From positions 3,528 through 67,527 of the forward strand of contig JAAYDE010000004.1 in assembly GCA_012729375.1 (NCBI GenBank): DNA of 64,000 bases. The letters are read 5' to 3'. This document shows positions 18,763 to 29,200 of this stretch, piece after piece. This DNA is from Deltaproteobacteria bacterium (GTDB taxonomy: Bacteria > Desulfobacterota > Desulfuromonadia > Desulfuromonadales > JAAYDE01). Each line of letters opens with the position of its first letter. The stretch's first letter is position 1. The notes below the pieces were generated by a model. The model made no database searches and was not told where the DNA came from. It worked only from the letters and a program-made list of their open reading frames with translations. The position numbers were made by a program, and so were the translations under genes.

Positions 18763-20330
18763 CGTCCTCCGGATTTTATCGTTAGCAGTTCCGATAAGAT
18801 GAGACCGACATTATAATCGATCTCGCAGCCGCTGTCGATTTGGATAACCCCCGGAGATTCCGTCACCGCCTCGAAGGTGGCGGCCTGGGAAGCGAGAAGT
18901 TCGAGACGGCCGTCGGAGATGTCTTCCCCGGTGTCTTCGCGGTGCCGCAGACGTTTGCGCAGAATGTCCTCATTGCAGTGAAGGTGGGCCAGCAGAACGG
19001 GCACCCCCAGCTGGCTTCCGAAACGCTGGAAAATTTCCCGGTGGCGGTTTTTACCGAAGGAGGCGTCAACCAGCACCGATTCCCCACTGGCGAGGGCGCG
19101 GCGGGCTTTTTCGGCCAGGGCCAGGTAGGTGGCATCGGTCATGTCCGCGCCATAGATTCCCTGGCCAAAATCATCGCGCACTCTGCTTTGCGGGTCGATT
19201 CCCGCCAGTTCCTTGCGCTGGGCGTCGGAGCGGAGATGGAGCATGCCCGTCGCCGCCGCCAGTTCGGCGCCCAATACCGATTTGCCGGCCCCCATCAGGC
19301 CGCAGGTGAGAATGAGGGTTTGCGGGATCAGGTAGCCCATGGCCAGATTGAAATAGCGGCGCGCCCGTTGCTGCAGAATCCCGTAGGGCTCTTCATCCGG
19401 TCCATGCTGAGCCAGGGCCAGGGAGGTGACCTTGCCGCGCACCCAGGCGCGGTAGGCTTGGTAGAAAGGGATCAGCAAATCGGCGCCGTCCCCCCAGTCG
19501 ATATGCCGGCGGTAATTTTTTACCAGCACCGCGGCCAGATCCCGCCGCCGGCGGAATTCCAGATCCATGAGCAGAAAGGCGAGTTCGGAGAGGATATCGG
19601 AGATTCGAAAGCGGCGGTTGAATTCGATGCAGTCATAGAGCTGGATGGGATCGGTCAGGCAGACATGCTCGCTGTGCAGATCGCCGTGGAGGTCGCGGAC
19701 GAACCCCTTTTCCTCCCGCTGGCGCAGAAGAGGGGCCTGGCGTTCCAAAAACTCTTCGATGAGGGGCCGGGCCGCCGCCAGTCCCCGGGGGGGAATGGTC
19801 TTGCCGGCGAAAGGCTGTGTCTGGGCAAAGTTCTCCCGCCAGTTTTCGCGGATGATATCCAGGTCGGAAAGCCTTTTGCCGGCGGCGGAGGGATGGGCAC
19901 GGCGGTGCATTTCGGCGAGGTAGAGGGCGAGCCTCTCCATCTCCTGGTCCAGTCCGGGGACATCGGCTGCGATCAGGTGGTCGAGCATCCTCTTTTCGGG
20001 AAGGCGTTTCATGAGGACGGCGTATTCGATGGTTTCTCCGGGGCCGGCGAAACGCAGGCTGGAATCCGACCGGCGCAGGGGAACCACTCCCAGGTAGGTG
20101 GCCGGTGCAAACCGCCGGTTCAAACGCACCTCCTCGGTGCAGAAATGACGCCTTTTTTCCAGAGTGCTGAAATCGAGAAAACCGAAATTCACTGCCTTTT
20201 TGATTTTATAGACATGACAATCGGTGAGGTAGAGGCGGGAGGCGTGGGTTTCCACAAAGGAAACGGCGGCGGTTTCCTCGGGGTAGGTTTCTTTTTTCAT
20301 CAACGCCTGGTGCATAAGTTCGATATCCAT
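18759..20330 (-). CDS. Bifunctional APH-like phosphotransferase domain / P-loop (AAA-type kinase) protein
   Basis: Kinase-like LHGDLHSEHV and CIEFN blocks in the N-terminal half. Walker A GLMGAGKS in the C-terminal half. ATG at 20330 (MDIELMHQ...) preferred over the TTG at 20426. Confidence 0.75.
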   Translation of the reverse strand: MDIELMHQALMKKETYPEETAAVSFVETHASRLYLTDCHVYKIKKAVNFGFLDFSTLEKRRHFCTEEVRLNRRFAPATYLGVVPLRRSDSSLRFAGPGETIEYAVLMKRLPEKRMLDHLIAADVPGLDQEMERLALYLAEMHRRAHPSAAGKRLSDLDIIRENWRENFAQTQPFAGKTIPPRGLAAARPLIEEFLERQAPLLRQREEKGFVRDLHGDLHSEHVCLTDPIQLYDCIEFNRRFRISDILSELAFLLMDLEFRRRRDLAAVLVKNYRRHIDWGDGADLLIPFYQAYRAWVRGKVTSLALAQHGPDEEPYGILQQRARRYFNLAMGYLIPQTLILTCGLMGAGKSVLGAELAAATGMLHLRSDAQRKELAGIDPQSRVRDDFGQGIYGADMTDATYLALAEKARRALASGESVLVDASFGKNRHREIFQRFGSQLGVPVLLAHLHCNEDILRKRLRHREDTGEDISDGRLELLASQAATFEAVTESPGVIQIDSGCEIDYNVGLILSELLTIKSGGR

Positions 20331-20817
20331 TGGATCGTTCCTTAGGCTGGTTTTCTTGCGGAAAAGGCTCTTGGTACGATTTTCCGCAAAAGGCGGACTT
20401 CCTTGATCTTGCGAAAAATTTTCCAATTCCGCCAGGAAAATACGGGCTGATTTCTTTTGAGCCGGCCGATCGAAACCAGGCTATCCTTTTTATTCTTGCG
20501 GCCAGGGGCGTTCCAGAGGTTTCCTTCCTTTGCCTTCGCACCTTTTCCCCGTCAGGCCTGGCGTTAGCAGGGGGACGCGGGAGGAGGGGAGCAACGGGTT
20601 GGTTGACCTTTTTCGATAATGCAAAATTATATCCGGGCAGCCCCGTTTCCTTATAAAAACTGTAACATGGCCTGGAAAAGGGGAAAAGAAACCCGCCTCG
20701 AGCGGTATGTGATAACATGACAAAGAAGGAAGGGGCCAAAAGCGTCCCGGCCCGGCTACGATTTGACCCCCGGCGCGGGGCTGTGCTAACTTGCCGCTGA
20801 AATAGCGAGGGAATTCC

Positions 20818-22512
20818 ATGGATTTCCGCCACATGAGGCTTTTTCTGCCGGTCCTGGTCCTGGCCGTCATCGGCTGTGGCCGCTGGCCCGGTTCTTCCCA
20901 AAAGGACGTCTATCCTTTCGGCGCCACGGATGGCGCCGGGAAAGCCGCTTTTTTATTTGCCAAGGCCAATCTTTTTGAAAACCAAGGCCTGATCGGAGAG
21001 GCCCAGGAAACCCTCGGTGAGGCGCTGCGCCTCGATCCCCAAGCCCCCTATCTTCATTTCCGCATGGCTTCCCTCCTCGCCCAGAAAGGAGAGAAGGAAG
21101 CCGCTTTGACTGCGGTGCGCACCGCCCTCGAACTCGATCCGAATCTCATTGACGCCCTTTTCCTGTTGGCCGAGATTCATCTGAACGCCAACGAGCCCGC
21201 CGCAGCGATCCCCCCTTTGCGGCATATTCTGAAACTGGATCCTGAAGAAGAGGGCGCCCGTCTGAAACTGGGAGTGGCCTACTCCCAGAAAGGGGATCAG
21301 CAAGAGGCGATGCGGATTTTTCAGGGAATGCTGGCCAGGGATGCCGATTCCCCCTGGGCGGGTCTGGCTCTGGGGCGCCTTTACCGGCAGCTCGGCATGA
21401 CCGCCGAGGCCGAACAACATTACCGGTCGATTATCGCCCGTCAACCCGGCTTCGAGCCGGTGGTTTTCGAACTGGGGGAACTGCTGGAACAGGCGCGGGC
21501 GTGGGCCAAGGCCGGCGAGGTCTATGACCAGGCGTTGCGGGATGATCCCGGCAATACCGAGATGCGCCTGCGGCTGGCTCAGACATTGGTGATGGAGAAC
21601 CGTCTCGAAGAGGCCATGGGCCACTACCGCTTGGTTCTGGATGCGGAGCCGGACAACCTCGAAGCGCTGCGCAAAAGCGGCCTCATTCACCTCGAACGGC
21701 AGCGCTGGTCCGCGGCGGCCGAATCCTTTGCCCGTCAAGTCCAGCTGCGTCCCGATTGGGATCACGCCCGCTACTACCTGGGCATCGCCTTGGTCCGGGA
21801 CGGTAAGGACGAAGAGGCCCTGGCCGCCTTTTCCGAAATCCGCCCCTGGTCTCCTCTCTACGACGACGCCCTGATCCATATCGGATATCTTTACCATGGC
21901 CTCGGCCGTGGCGACGAGGGGCTGGCATTCATTGAGAAAAACCTCGAGGGGCGGTCGGGAAACCCGGCCCTGTACCGTCTTCTCGGCGCCTTCTATGAGG
22001 ACCGGGGAGATGCGGCCGGCGCCCTGCGGGTTTTGGAGCGGGGTCTCGGGGCTTTCCCCAAGGATACGGACCTGCTCTATCAGAAGGGGATGTTGTTGGA
22101 GAAAACGGGGGCTGGAGAAGCTGCCAAGGCGGTTATGGAGGAAATCCTCCTGCTACAGCCGGAACATGCCGAAGCCATCAATTTCATCGCCTATTCCCTG
22201 GCTGAGCAGGGCCGGGATCTGGATCGCGCCCTGGCTCTTGCCGAACAGGCCCTGGCCCTTCGCGACAGACCCCACATCCGCGACACCCTGGGCTGGGTCC
22301 ACTACAAACGGGGGGACTACGCCGAGGCGCTGAAACATCTCCAAATGGCCCTGGCGGAAATGGGGGACGATCCCGTGGTTCAGGAACACATCGGCGATAC
22401 GCTGGCCGCCCTGGGCCGTTTTCCTGAAGCCATGGCCGCCTACCGTAGGAGCCTGGCCCAGGAACCCGACAACCCGGCGGTGCGCGACAAACTGAGGAAA
22501 CTGGAAGAATGA
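20818..22512 (+). CDS. TPR-repeat lipoprotein
   Basis: Signal peptide with lipobox LAVIGC. More than ten TPR-like repeats (recurring A..Y...L..DP motifs). Confidence 0.8.
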   Translation: MDFRHMRLFLPVLVLAVIGCGRWPGSSQKDVYPFGATDGAGKAAFLFAKANLFENQGLIGEAQETLGEALRLDPQAPYLHFRMASLLAQKGEKEAALTAVRTALELDPNLIDALFLLAEIHLNANEPAAAIPPLRHILKLDPEEEGARLKLGVAYSQKGDQQEAMRIFQGMLARDADSPWAGLALGRLYRQLGMTAEAEQHYRSIIARQPGFEPVVFELGELLEQARAWAKAGEVYDQALRDDPGNTEMRLRLAQTLVMENRLEEAMGHYRLVLDAEPDNLEALRKSGLIHLERQRWSAAAESFARQVQLRPDWDHARYYLGIALVRDGKDEEALAAFSEIRPWSPLYDDALIHIGYLYHGLGRGDEGLAFIEKNLEGRSGNPALYRLLGAFYEDRGDAAGALRVLERGLGAFPKDTDLLYQKGMLLEKTGAGEAAKAVMEEILLLQPEHAEAINFIAYSLAEQGRDLDRALALAEQALALRDRPHIRDTLGWVHYKRGDYAEALKHLQMALAEMGDDPVVQEHIGDTLAALGRFPEAMAAYRRSLAQEPDNPAVRDKLRKLEE

Positions 22513-23282
22513 GGATGACAAGACTCGCTGCGATCGGCCTGATTTTCCTGCTCTGTTCCTGTGCCCTACCGCCGACGGTTCTGCCCCCGGCCATCGAAGC
22601 GGTGACCGCGGAAGAGCTGCTCGGCCTGCTGCAACAGCGGGAAGAAGCGGACACCAGCCTGCGTGGTCTGGCCCAGATTTCGTGGCGGGAGGGAAAAGGA
22701 AACGCGCTGCGCAGCCGCCAGGCTCTGCTGATCCGCAAGCCGGGCCGTATCCGCTCGGAACTCTTCGGCCTTTTCGGGCAGCCGGTGCTGGTGGCGACGG
22801 TCAACGAGCGGGAGATCAGCGCCCTCGATCTTTCCGCAGGGGTCTTCTACCGGGGCGTGGCTTCGGCGGAAAACATTTACCGCCTGCTCCATCTGCCCCT
22901 GGCCGCCGACGATCTGGTCCGTCTTGCCCTCAACCAGGCGCCACCGGGTAATTTCCCCGACCCGCCCCTGGCCGTGGCGACGGCGCAAGGCTACCAACTG
23001 ACCCGCGCCAACCGGCAGTGGCGGCAGGAACTTCATTTCAGCCCGGAGCGGCATTTGACAAAGGTGGTTCTGTATTACCGCGGGGACCGGCAAGTGGAGG
23101 CGGAGTACGCCGATTTCACCGGCGGCGACGGGGCATTTCCCTTGCAGATGAGGCTGTTTCTGCCGCTTCGTCAGGTCGAGGTGACGATCCGTTTCACCAC
23201 CCTGGAAACCAACGTGGCCCTTGCCGATGATCTTTTCCAACTGCGCAATCCCGGCGGCTTCCGGGTCCAGCCTTTGCCATGA
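22509..23282 (+). CDS. LolB-like / DUF4292-type lipoprotein (tentative)
   Basis: Lipobox FLLCSC. About 250 aa, ATGA-coupled to the TPR gene. The family call is from memory of TPR-DUF4292 gene pairs. Confidence 0.5.
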   Translation: MRMTRLAAIGLIFLLCSCALPPTVLPPAIEAVTAEELLGLLQQREEADTSLRGLAQISWREGKGNALRSRQALLIRKPGRIRSELFGLFGQPVLVATVNEREISALDLSAGVFYRGVASAENIYRLLHLPLAADDLVRLALNQAPPGNFPDPPLAVATAQGYQLTRANRQWRQELHFSPERHLTKVVLYYRGDRQVEAEYADFTGGDGAFPLQMRLFLPLRQVEVTIRFTTLETNVALADDLFQLRNPGGFRVQPLP

Positions 23283-24970
23283 TGCGGCTTCTCGCCCTTT
23301 CTTCAGTGTCGGCAGGACGCCTCCTCCACGGCTTGCGGGCCGCCGCCCGGCAGTGGCCGGCGGCCCTTGGGCTGGCGGCGCTGATTCTGACGGCCGCCTG
23401 TGCTCCCGACGCGGAGCAGCCGGCGGCCCGCGGGGAAGGGGAAACGCCCGCCGTCTACGGCGACACCATCCTCTTCGGCAGCGGCGCCGACGCCGTGAAT
23501 CTGCTGCCGGTGCTGGCCTCCGATGCCACCTCCTCGAGCATCAACGGGCTGCTTTACAACGGCCTCGTCCGCTACGGCAAGAACCTCGAGATCGAGGGGG
23601 ATCTGGCCGAATCCTGGGAGATTTCCCAGGATCATCTCACCCTCACCTTCCATCTCCGCAAGGGTATCAAATGGCATGACGGAACCCCCTTCACCGCGGC
23701 GGATGTCCTCTTCACCTACCGCCTCTACGTCGACCCGAAAACCCCCACCGCCTATGCCGAGCGCTATCGCCAGGTGGAGCGGGCGGCGGCCCCCGACCCT
23801 TACACCTTTGTCGTTACCTATGCCAAGCCTCTGGCCTCGGCGCTGAGCAGCTGGGCCCTCGACATCCATCCCCGTCACCTTCTGGAAGGGGTCGAGATCA
23901 CCAAGAGCCCCCTTTCCGCGGCGCCGATCGGCACCGGGCCCTTCGTTTTCAGGGAGTGGCGACGGGGGGAGCGCATCGTTCTCGAAGCCAATCCCGACTA
24001 TTACGAAGGCCGGCCCCATCTGAACCGGGTGGTGTTCCGCGTCGTTCCCGATCCCACCACCATGTTCCTGGAGCTGCAGACCGGGGGCATCGACCAGATG
24101 GGGCTTACGCCGCTGCAGTACGCCCGCCAGACCGATTCCGCCAACTTCCGCCGCAACTTCCGCAAATACCGTTATCCTGCCATGGCTTACACCTATCTCG
24201 GCTTCAACCTGCGCAAGCCCCTGTTTCAGGATAAACGGGTGCGTCAGGCGATATCCTACGCCATCGACCGGGAAGAGATCGTGCAGGGCGTGCTGCTGGG
24301 GCTGGGACGGACGGCCACCGGCCCCTATGTCCCCGGCACCTGGCCCTACAACCCCGAGGTCCGCAAGTATCCCTACGACCCGGAAAAGGCCCGCGAGCTG
24401 CTGGGCCAGGCCGGATGGCAAGACAGAGACGGGGACGGTCTCCTCGACCGCGAGGGGCGGCCCTTCTCCTTTACCATCGTCACCAACCAGGGCAACGATC
24501 AGCGGATCAAGTGCGGCGAAATCATTCAGCGCCGCCTCAAGGAAGTGGGCATCGAGGTGCGCCTGCGGGTCATCGAGTGGGCTTCCTTTCTCAAGGAGTT
24601 CATCAATCCGGGGAACTTCGAGGCGACGCTGCTCGGCTGGACGGTGCCCGTCGACCCCGACGGCTACAACGTCTGGCACTCGAGCAAGACCGGCGTCGGC
24701 CAGCTCAACTTCATCCATTTCAACCATGCGGAAGCGGATGACCTGCTGGAGCGGGGGCGGCGCACCCTGGATGAGGAGGAGCGCAAGGCCATCTACGGCC
24801 GCTTTCAGGAGATCCTCGCCGAGGAACAGCCCTACGCGTTTCTCTACGTGCCCGACGCCCTGCCGGTGGTGGCGGCCCGGTTTCGGGGAATCGAACCGGC
24901 GCCGGTGGGCATCATGCACAATTTCATCCGCTGGCATGTTCCTGAATCGGAGTGGAAATACCGCAGGTGA
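23279..24970 (+). CDS. ABC transporter substrate-binding protein, family 5 (peptide/nickel, DppA/OppA-like), probable lipoprotein
   Basis: 563 aa. N-terminal signal ending LTAAC. Family-5 SBP blocks (DLAESWEIS, KGIKWHDG, YGRFQEILAEEQPY). ATGA-coupled to the upstream gene. Confidence 0.85.
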   Translation: MMRLLALSSVSAGRLLHGLRAAARQWPAALGLAALILTAACAPDAEQPAARGEGETPAVYGDTILFGSGADAVNLLPVLASDATSSSINGLLYNGLVRYGKNLEIEGDLAESWEISQDHLTLTFHLRKGIKWHDGTPFTAADVLFTYRLYVDPKTPTAYAERYRQVERAAAPDPYTFVVTYAKPLASALSSWALDIHPRHLLEGVEITKSPLSAAPIGTGPFVFREWRRGERIVLEANPDYYEGRPHLNRVVFRVVPDPTTMFLELQTGGIDQMGLTPLQYARQTDSANFRRNFRKYRYPAMAYTYLGFNLRKPLFQDKRVRQAISYAIDREEIVQGVLLGLGRTATGPYVPGTWPYNPEVRKYPYDPEKARELLGQAGWQDRDGDGLLDREGRPFSFTIVTNQGNDQRIKCGEIIQRRLKEVGIEVRLRVIEWASFLKEFINPGNFEATLLGWTVPVDPDGYNVWHSSKTGVGQLNFIHFNHAEADDLLERGRRTLDEEERKAIYGRFQEILAEEQPYAFLYVPDALPVVAARFRGIEPAPVGIMHNFIRWHVPESEWKYRR

Positions 24971-25099
24971 GAATCGTGTGAAGATGGCTGGCTGATGCCT
25001 GAAGGACAGTTTGTGGTTCGTAGCTCGTAGAAAAACCGGTAACCGGCAGCTTGTGATTGGTTTTTATGCTTTGACTATAACTGGTTGCTTGCTTATTGT

Positions 25100-25162
25100 T
25101 TGTCACTTGTCACTTGTCACTTGTCACTTGTCACTTGTCACTTGTCACTTGTCACTTGTCAC
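25100..25162 (+). repeat. Perfect tandem heptanucleotide array (TTGTCAC)x9
   Basis: Nine uninterrupted copies, counted directly. Confidence 0.95.
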
Positions 25163-25170
25163 TGTTTTTC

Positions 25171-25212
25171 TACCAGCTACCAGCTACCAGTTACCAGTTA
25201 CCAGTTACCAGT
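25171..25212 (+). repeat. Tandem heptanucleotide array (TACCAGC)x2 (TACCAGT)x4
   Basis: Six copies, counted directly. Separated from the first array by TGTTTTTC. Confidence 0.95.
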
Positions 25213-25258
25213 TACTGTTCCCTGACATGCCCCATTTTTCGTGGGTTGAAAATTCACC

Positions 25259-26233
25259 ATGTTTTTTTATCTGCTGAGAAGGGTGGCGATGATGATCCCC
25301 CTGCTGCTGGGGATCACCCTCATCACCTTTACCGTAATCCACCTGGCGCCGGGAGAACCGACCGATCTCCAGACCCAGCTCAACCCGGAAGCCAGTTCCG
25401 AGCTGCAGGAGCGGCTGCGGGCCTATTACGATCTGGACAAGCCGCTATACGTTCAATACGGCAAGTGGCTGGGGAGGTTGGCGCGGCTCGATTTCGGAGA
25501 GTCCTTTTCCCAGGACCATCGCCCGGTACTCGACAAAATCGCCGAACGTCTGCCGGTGACCGTGTTCATCAACGTGCTGTCGATTTTGGTCATTCTGGGG
25601 GTGGCCATACCGATAGGCATCCTGTCGGCGGTCCATCAGGATTCCCCCTTCGACCGGACGACCACGGTCTTCGTCTTCCTCGGTTTCGCCACCCCTTCCT
25701 TCTGGCTGGCCCTGCTGCTGATGGACCTTTTCGGCGTGCGGCTGGGGCTGTTGCCCATCGCCGGCCTGAAATCCTTCGGCTACGAGTACCTGTCGGCGGG
25801 GGGAAAGATCCTCGACCTGCTGCGCCACCTGGTGCTGCCGGTCTTCATTTCCGCCTTCGGCGGGCTGGCCGGTTTCTCCCGCTACATGCGCTCCAATATG
25901 CTCGAGGTGGTGCGTCAGGATTACATCCTCACGGCGCGGGCCAAGGGACTTGCCGAGCGGACGGTGATCCTCAAGCACGCCCTGCGCAACGCCCTGCTGC
26001 CGATCATCACCATCCTCGGCCTCTCCGTCCCCGGCCTGATCGGCGGCAGCGTCATCTTCGAGACCATCTTCGCCATCCCCGGCATGGGCAAACTCTTCTA
26101 CGACGGCGTCATGATGCGGGACTACCCGCTGATCATGGGGATTCTGGTCATCGGCGCGGTTCTCACCCTGATCGGCAACCTGCTGGCCGACATCGGCTAC
26201 GCCCTCGCCGATCCCCGCATCCGCAAATCGTAA
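25259..26233 (+). CDS. ABC transporter permease (DppB/OppB-like)
   Basis: 324 aa. [10 protein letters not shown]-terminus and EAA-loop region [27 protein letters not shown]. Confidence 0.9.
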   Translation: MFFYLLRRVAMMIPLLLGITLITFTVIHLAPGEPTDLQTQLNPEASSELQERLRAYYDLDKPLYVQYGKWLGRLARLDFGESFSQDHRPVLDKIAERLPVTVFINVLSILVILGVAIPIGILSAVHQDSPFDRTTTVFVFLGFATPSFWLALLLMDLFGVRLGLLPIAGLKSFGYEYLSAGGKILDLLRHLVLPVFISAFGGLAGFSRYMRSNMLEVVRQDYILTARAKGLAERTVILKHALRNALLPIITILGLSVPGLIGGSVIFETIFAIPGMGKLFYDGVMMRDYPLIMGILVIGAVLTLIGNLLADIGYALADPRIRKS

Positions 26234-26277
26234 AAAAAAGCTATTCTGGATGGTGAATCAAATCCACCACCGCTGGC

Positions 26278-29200
26278 TCACAGCTCCCGGTCGGCCGATC
26301 CCCCTTGCTTTTTGTCTTTGTTCGTTCCGTAGAGCAGGCGGGCGGTGTGCAGCATCCGCGCGGCGGCGCCGGTGTACCAGCTCCAGCCGCCGCGCCCCAC
26401 GTAGCCGGGACCGAAGTAGATGTCGGCGGCCTGCTGGTGGGGGGAAAGGCCGTAAGCGGCCATCCCTTCCGGGGTGGAGCGGCCGAGAGGGGAAATCTTG
26501 CGCCATAATCTTTGCGCCCGGGACCGGTAGTTTTCGGCTTGGGCGGCATTTCCTTTTTCCTTTGCCTGTTCGGCAAGGATCAGCAGAGCGTCGATAAGCC
26601 AGGAAACGCCGTGGGAATATTGGCCGCCGTTTTCCCGCACTCCCGGCGGGTAATCGGCCAGGCGGCCGGGGTAGAGGTCATCCCTTTCGCTGCAGGGCGG
26701 GGCGAACAACTGCACCAGCGTATCCTGCTCCAGTTCCCGCAGGGCCGTTTCCATGGCCGCGGCCCCCCTTTCGAAATCGACGGCGCCGGAAAGGATCGGC
26801 CAGGCGGCCATCAGGGCGTCGACCCGGGTCATCTCTTGCCCGTCATCGGTGACCAGGCGCACGTAGCGGTCTTGTCGCCACATGCCATCGAGGGCTTTCT
26901 GCAGAGCCGCGGCCTCCTTGCGGAAACCTTCCGCCGTGTCCGAATCCCCTCTTTTTTCAGCAAGTTCCACGAAATCCACAAGAATTCCGTAGAGGAAGAA
27001 GCCCATCCAGACGCTTTCCCCCAAGCCTCTGAATCCGGCGCTGTCGAGACCGTCGTTCCAGTCGCCGCTGCCGAGGAGGGGCAGGCCGTGGCGGCCTTTT
27101 CTGGACAGGGTCAGCTCGATGGCCCGCCGGCAGTGTTCGTAGAGGGTGGCGCAATCCCGGGAGGGGCGCGGCGCCACCACCTTGCCGGCGGAAAGGGGGC
27201 CGGGGCGGGGCGCTTCCAGAAAGGGAATCGTTTCCTCCAGAAGCCCCCGGTCGCCGCTGATCTGCAGGTAACGGCAAACCATGTAGGGGAGCCACAGGTG
27301 GGGGTCGGCGGCGCGTCCGCGCAGGCCGATGCCGGTTTTTCCCTCCCAGCTCCGGTGCCACCAGTGAAGCACGTCCCCTTCCCGGAACTGCTGGCCGGCA
27401 TGAAGGAGGAGCTGGTTGCGGACCAGGTCGGGATGGGAGGAAATCAGGGGCAGGACATCCTGCAGCTGGTCGCGGAAGCCGAAGGCGCCGCTGCGTTGAT
27501 AGGGGCCAAGGCGTCCCCAGAGGCGGGATACGAGGATCTGGTAGGGGAGCCAGACATTCGCCAGGCGGTCGATGTCCCCATCGCCGCTTGCCGTTTCGAC
27601 ATGGGGGAGATAGTCCCGCCACCATTGGCAGGTCGCCGCGAAGGCCTGCCGTCCCCGGTCGTTGTCCTGGAAGTTTGCGATCAGGGCTTCCGCCTCGTGA
27701 CGGGTTTGGCACTGGCCGAAGATGAGGGTGAAAGCGGTCTCGCCGCCGGCAGGGACGGTGACGGTGCCGCACAGGGCGGCGCAGCGGAAGCCGTCGTCCG
27801 GCTGGTCGGCATCGGCTCTTCCTTCGGTGACCAGGAAGGGGCGGGTGAGGTCCCGGTCCGGGCCACCGAGGAAGCGGCGGCGCACCGTCTCCACCGCCTC
27901 CACCGGGAAACCCGCCGCGGCGAAGGCCCATCCTTTCCAAAAATCGTTGTGGGGATTGGAGAAAAACAGCGCCGGCAGGTCGGAGCTGCGGGCGGTTTCG
28001 ATCTTGCCCAGGGTGTCCACAGGGGTTTCGCCGAGGAGGATCTGAATATAGGAGACGACCCGGTAGCGCAGGGGCTCGCCGGTGAGGTTGCGGAGCCTTA
28101 CCAGGCGCAGCTCGGCGGGCTGGTCGGGGAGTACGAATTGGGTCATCTCCAGTTCCGCTTCGTCGCCCCGGCTTCGGTAGATCGCGTAGCCAAGTCCCCA
28201 GAGAACTTCATAATCGCGGTCCTTTTTCCTCATGGGAAGAAGATAGGGGGTGTCGGTGCGCTGCGTGGAGAGGTTGTGCAGATAGAGAACCTGGCCCGGC
28301 AGTTGGCAGGGAACCGAATCGGTGTCGAAGGGGGTCAGCCCGTTCTGCTGGGAGTTGTTCATGAAGGAGTAACAGGCGCCGTGATTGCTGACCAGCGTGC
28401 CGTAGCCCAGGGGGTTGGCCATCATGTGGTGCCAGGGGCGGACCGTATTCCAGGGGACGGAAAGTTCGCGCCCGTCGGCGGCATAGCGGAACCGAGGGGG
28501 GAAATCACGGTTTTCTTCGCTGACCGGGGCAGGCGGTGGCGATTTTTGCGCCGCTGCCGATCCCGTAATTGCGCCGAGGATGCGCAGGGCTTCGGCCTCG
28601 CTGCCGGCATAGCCGTTGATGAAGAGGATTTCCGTCGCCGCGAGGGGGGCCAGTTCCACCCGCAGGCGGAGGCTGGCGATGGGGTCGAAACTGTAGTCGA
28701 AAATTCCTTCCTTGGGGGCTTTCCCGGCCTGGTGGAGGGCGGCTGGATGGAGGAGGGTGCCGGAACCGATGAAACGCGGGCGGGAATCCTCGTAACCGGT
28801 CACGGTGATCCCCCGGTCCTTGGCGGCGCGGACGGCGTGGAAGGCCGTTTCCCCGGAGATCCGCCGCCGGGAAGGATCCGCGTCGGCGCTTTTGTTGAGC
28901 CTGTTTTGGGCCAAAACCGCATTGACCGAAGGCAGGAAGCGGGTGCCGACATGGAGGTGGTTGTAGAAAGGGTGGCGGCGGTAGGCGTCGGTGCTGTTCA
29001 TGGCCCACTCCTGATAGCTGATCAGTTCCAGAACGCGGGGTCGTTCCTCGAGGTTGACCAGGCGCAGGCGCCAACTCTCCAGGGGCTCGTCGGGGTCGAC
29101 GCAGAGGCGGGTTTCGACGCGGAGGCCGTCGTCACGGCTGTGGACGAATTCCAGGGTGAGGGGATTGATGGGATTGATCTGCCATGTTCCTTCATCAGGG

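Larger units (their letters stand above)
24985..25215. repeat. Intergenic element B (GGTTCGTAGCTCGTAG module plus two heptamer arrays)
   Basis: GGTTCGTAGCTCGTAG at 25015-25030, complement-type heptads (GGTAACCGGCAGCTTGTGATTGG) at 25038-25060, then the tandem arrays listed separately. Confidence 0.85.

Noticed and set aside
25100-25212. A CRISPR array.
   Set aside because: The units are 7 nt with no spacers, and no cas genes are nearby. These are simple tandem repeats.
25011-26256. ORFs translating the heptad arrays: 25011..25277 and 25096..26256 (LVTCHLSLVTCHLS...), the metF N-terminal extension, and the 39364.. ORF start (VTSHQSPVSSYQ).
   Set aside because: The periodic peptides are artefacts of reading 7-nt repeats. 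Better-supported starts with RBSs and family-typical N-termini lie downstream. ORF 25096..26256 is out of frame with the real DppB-like permease.
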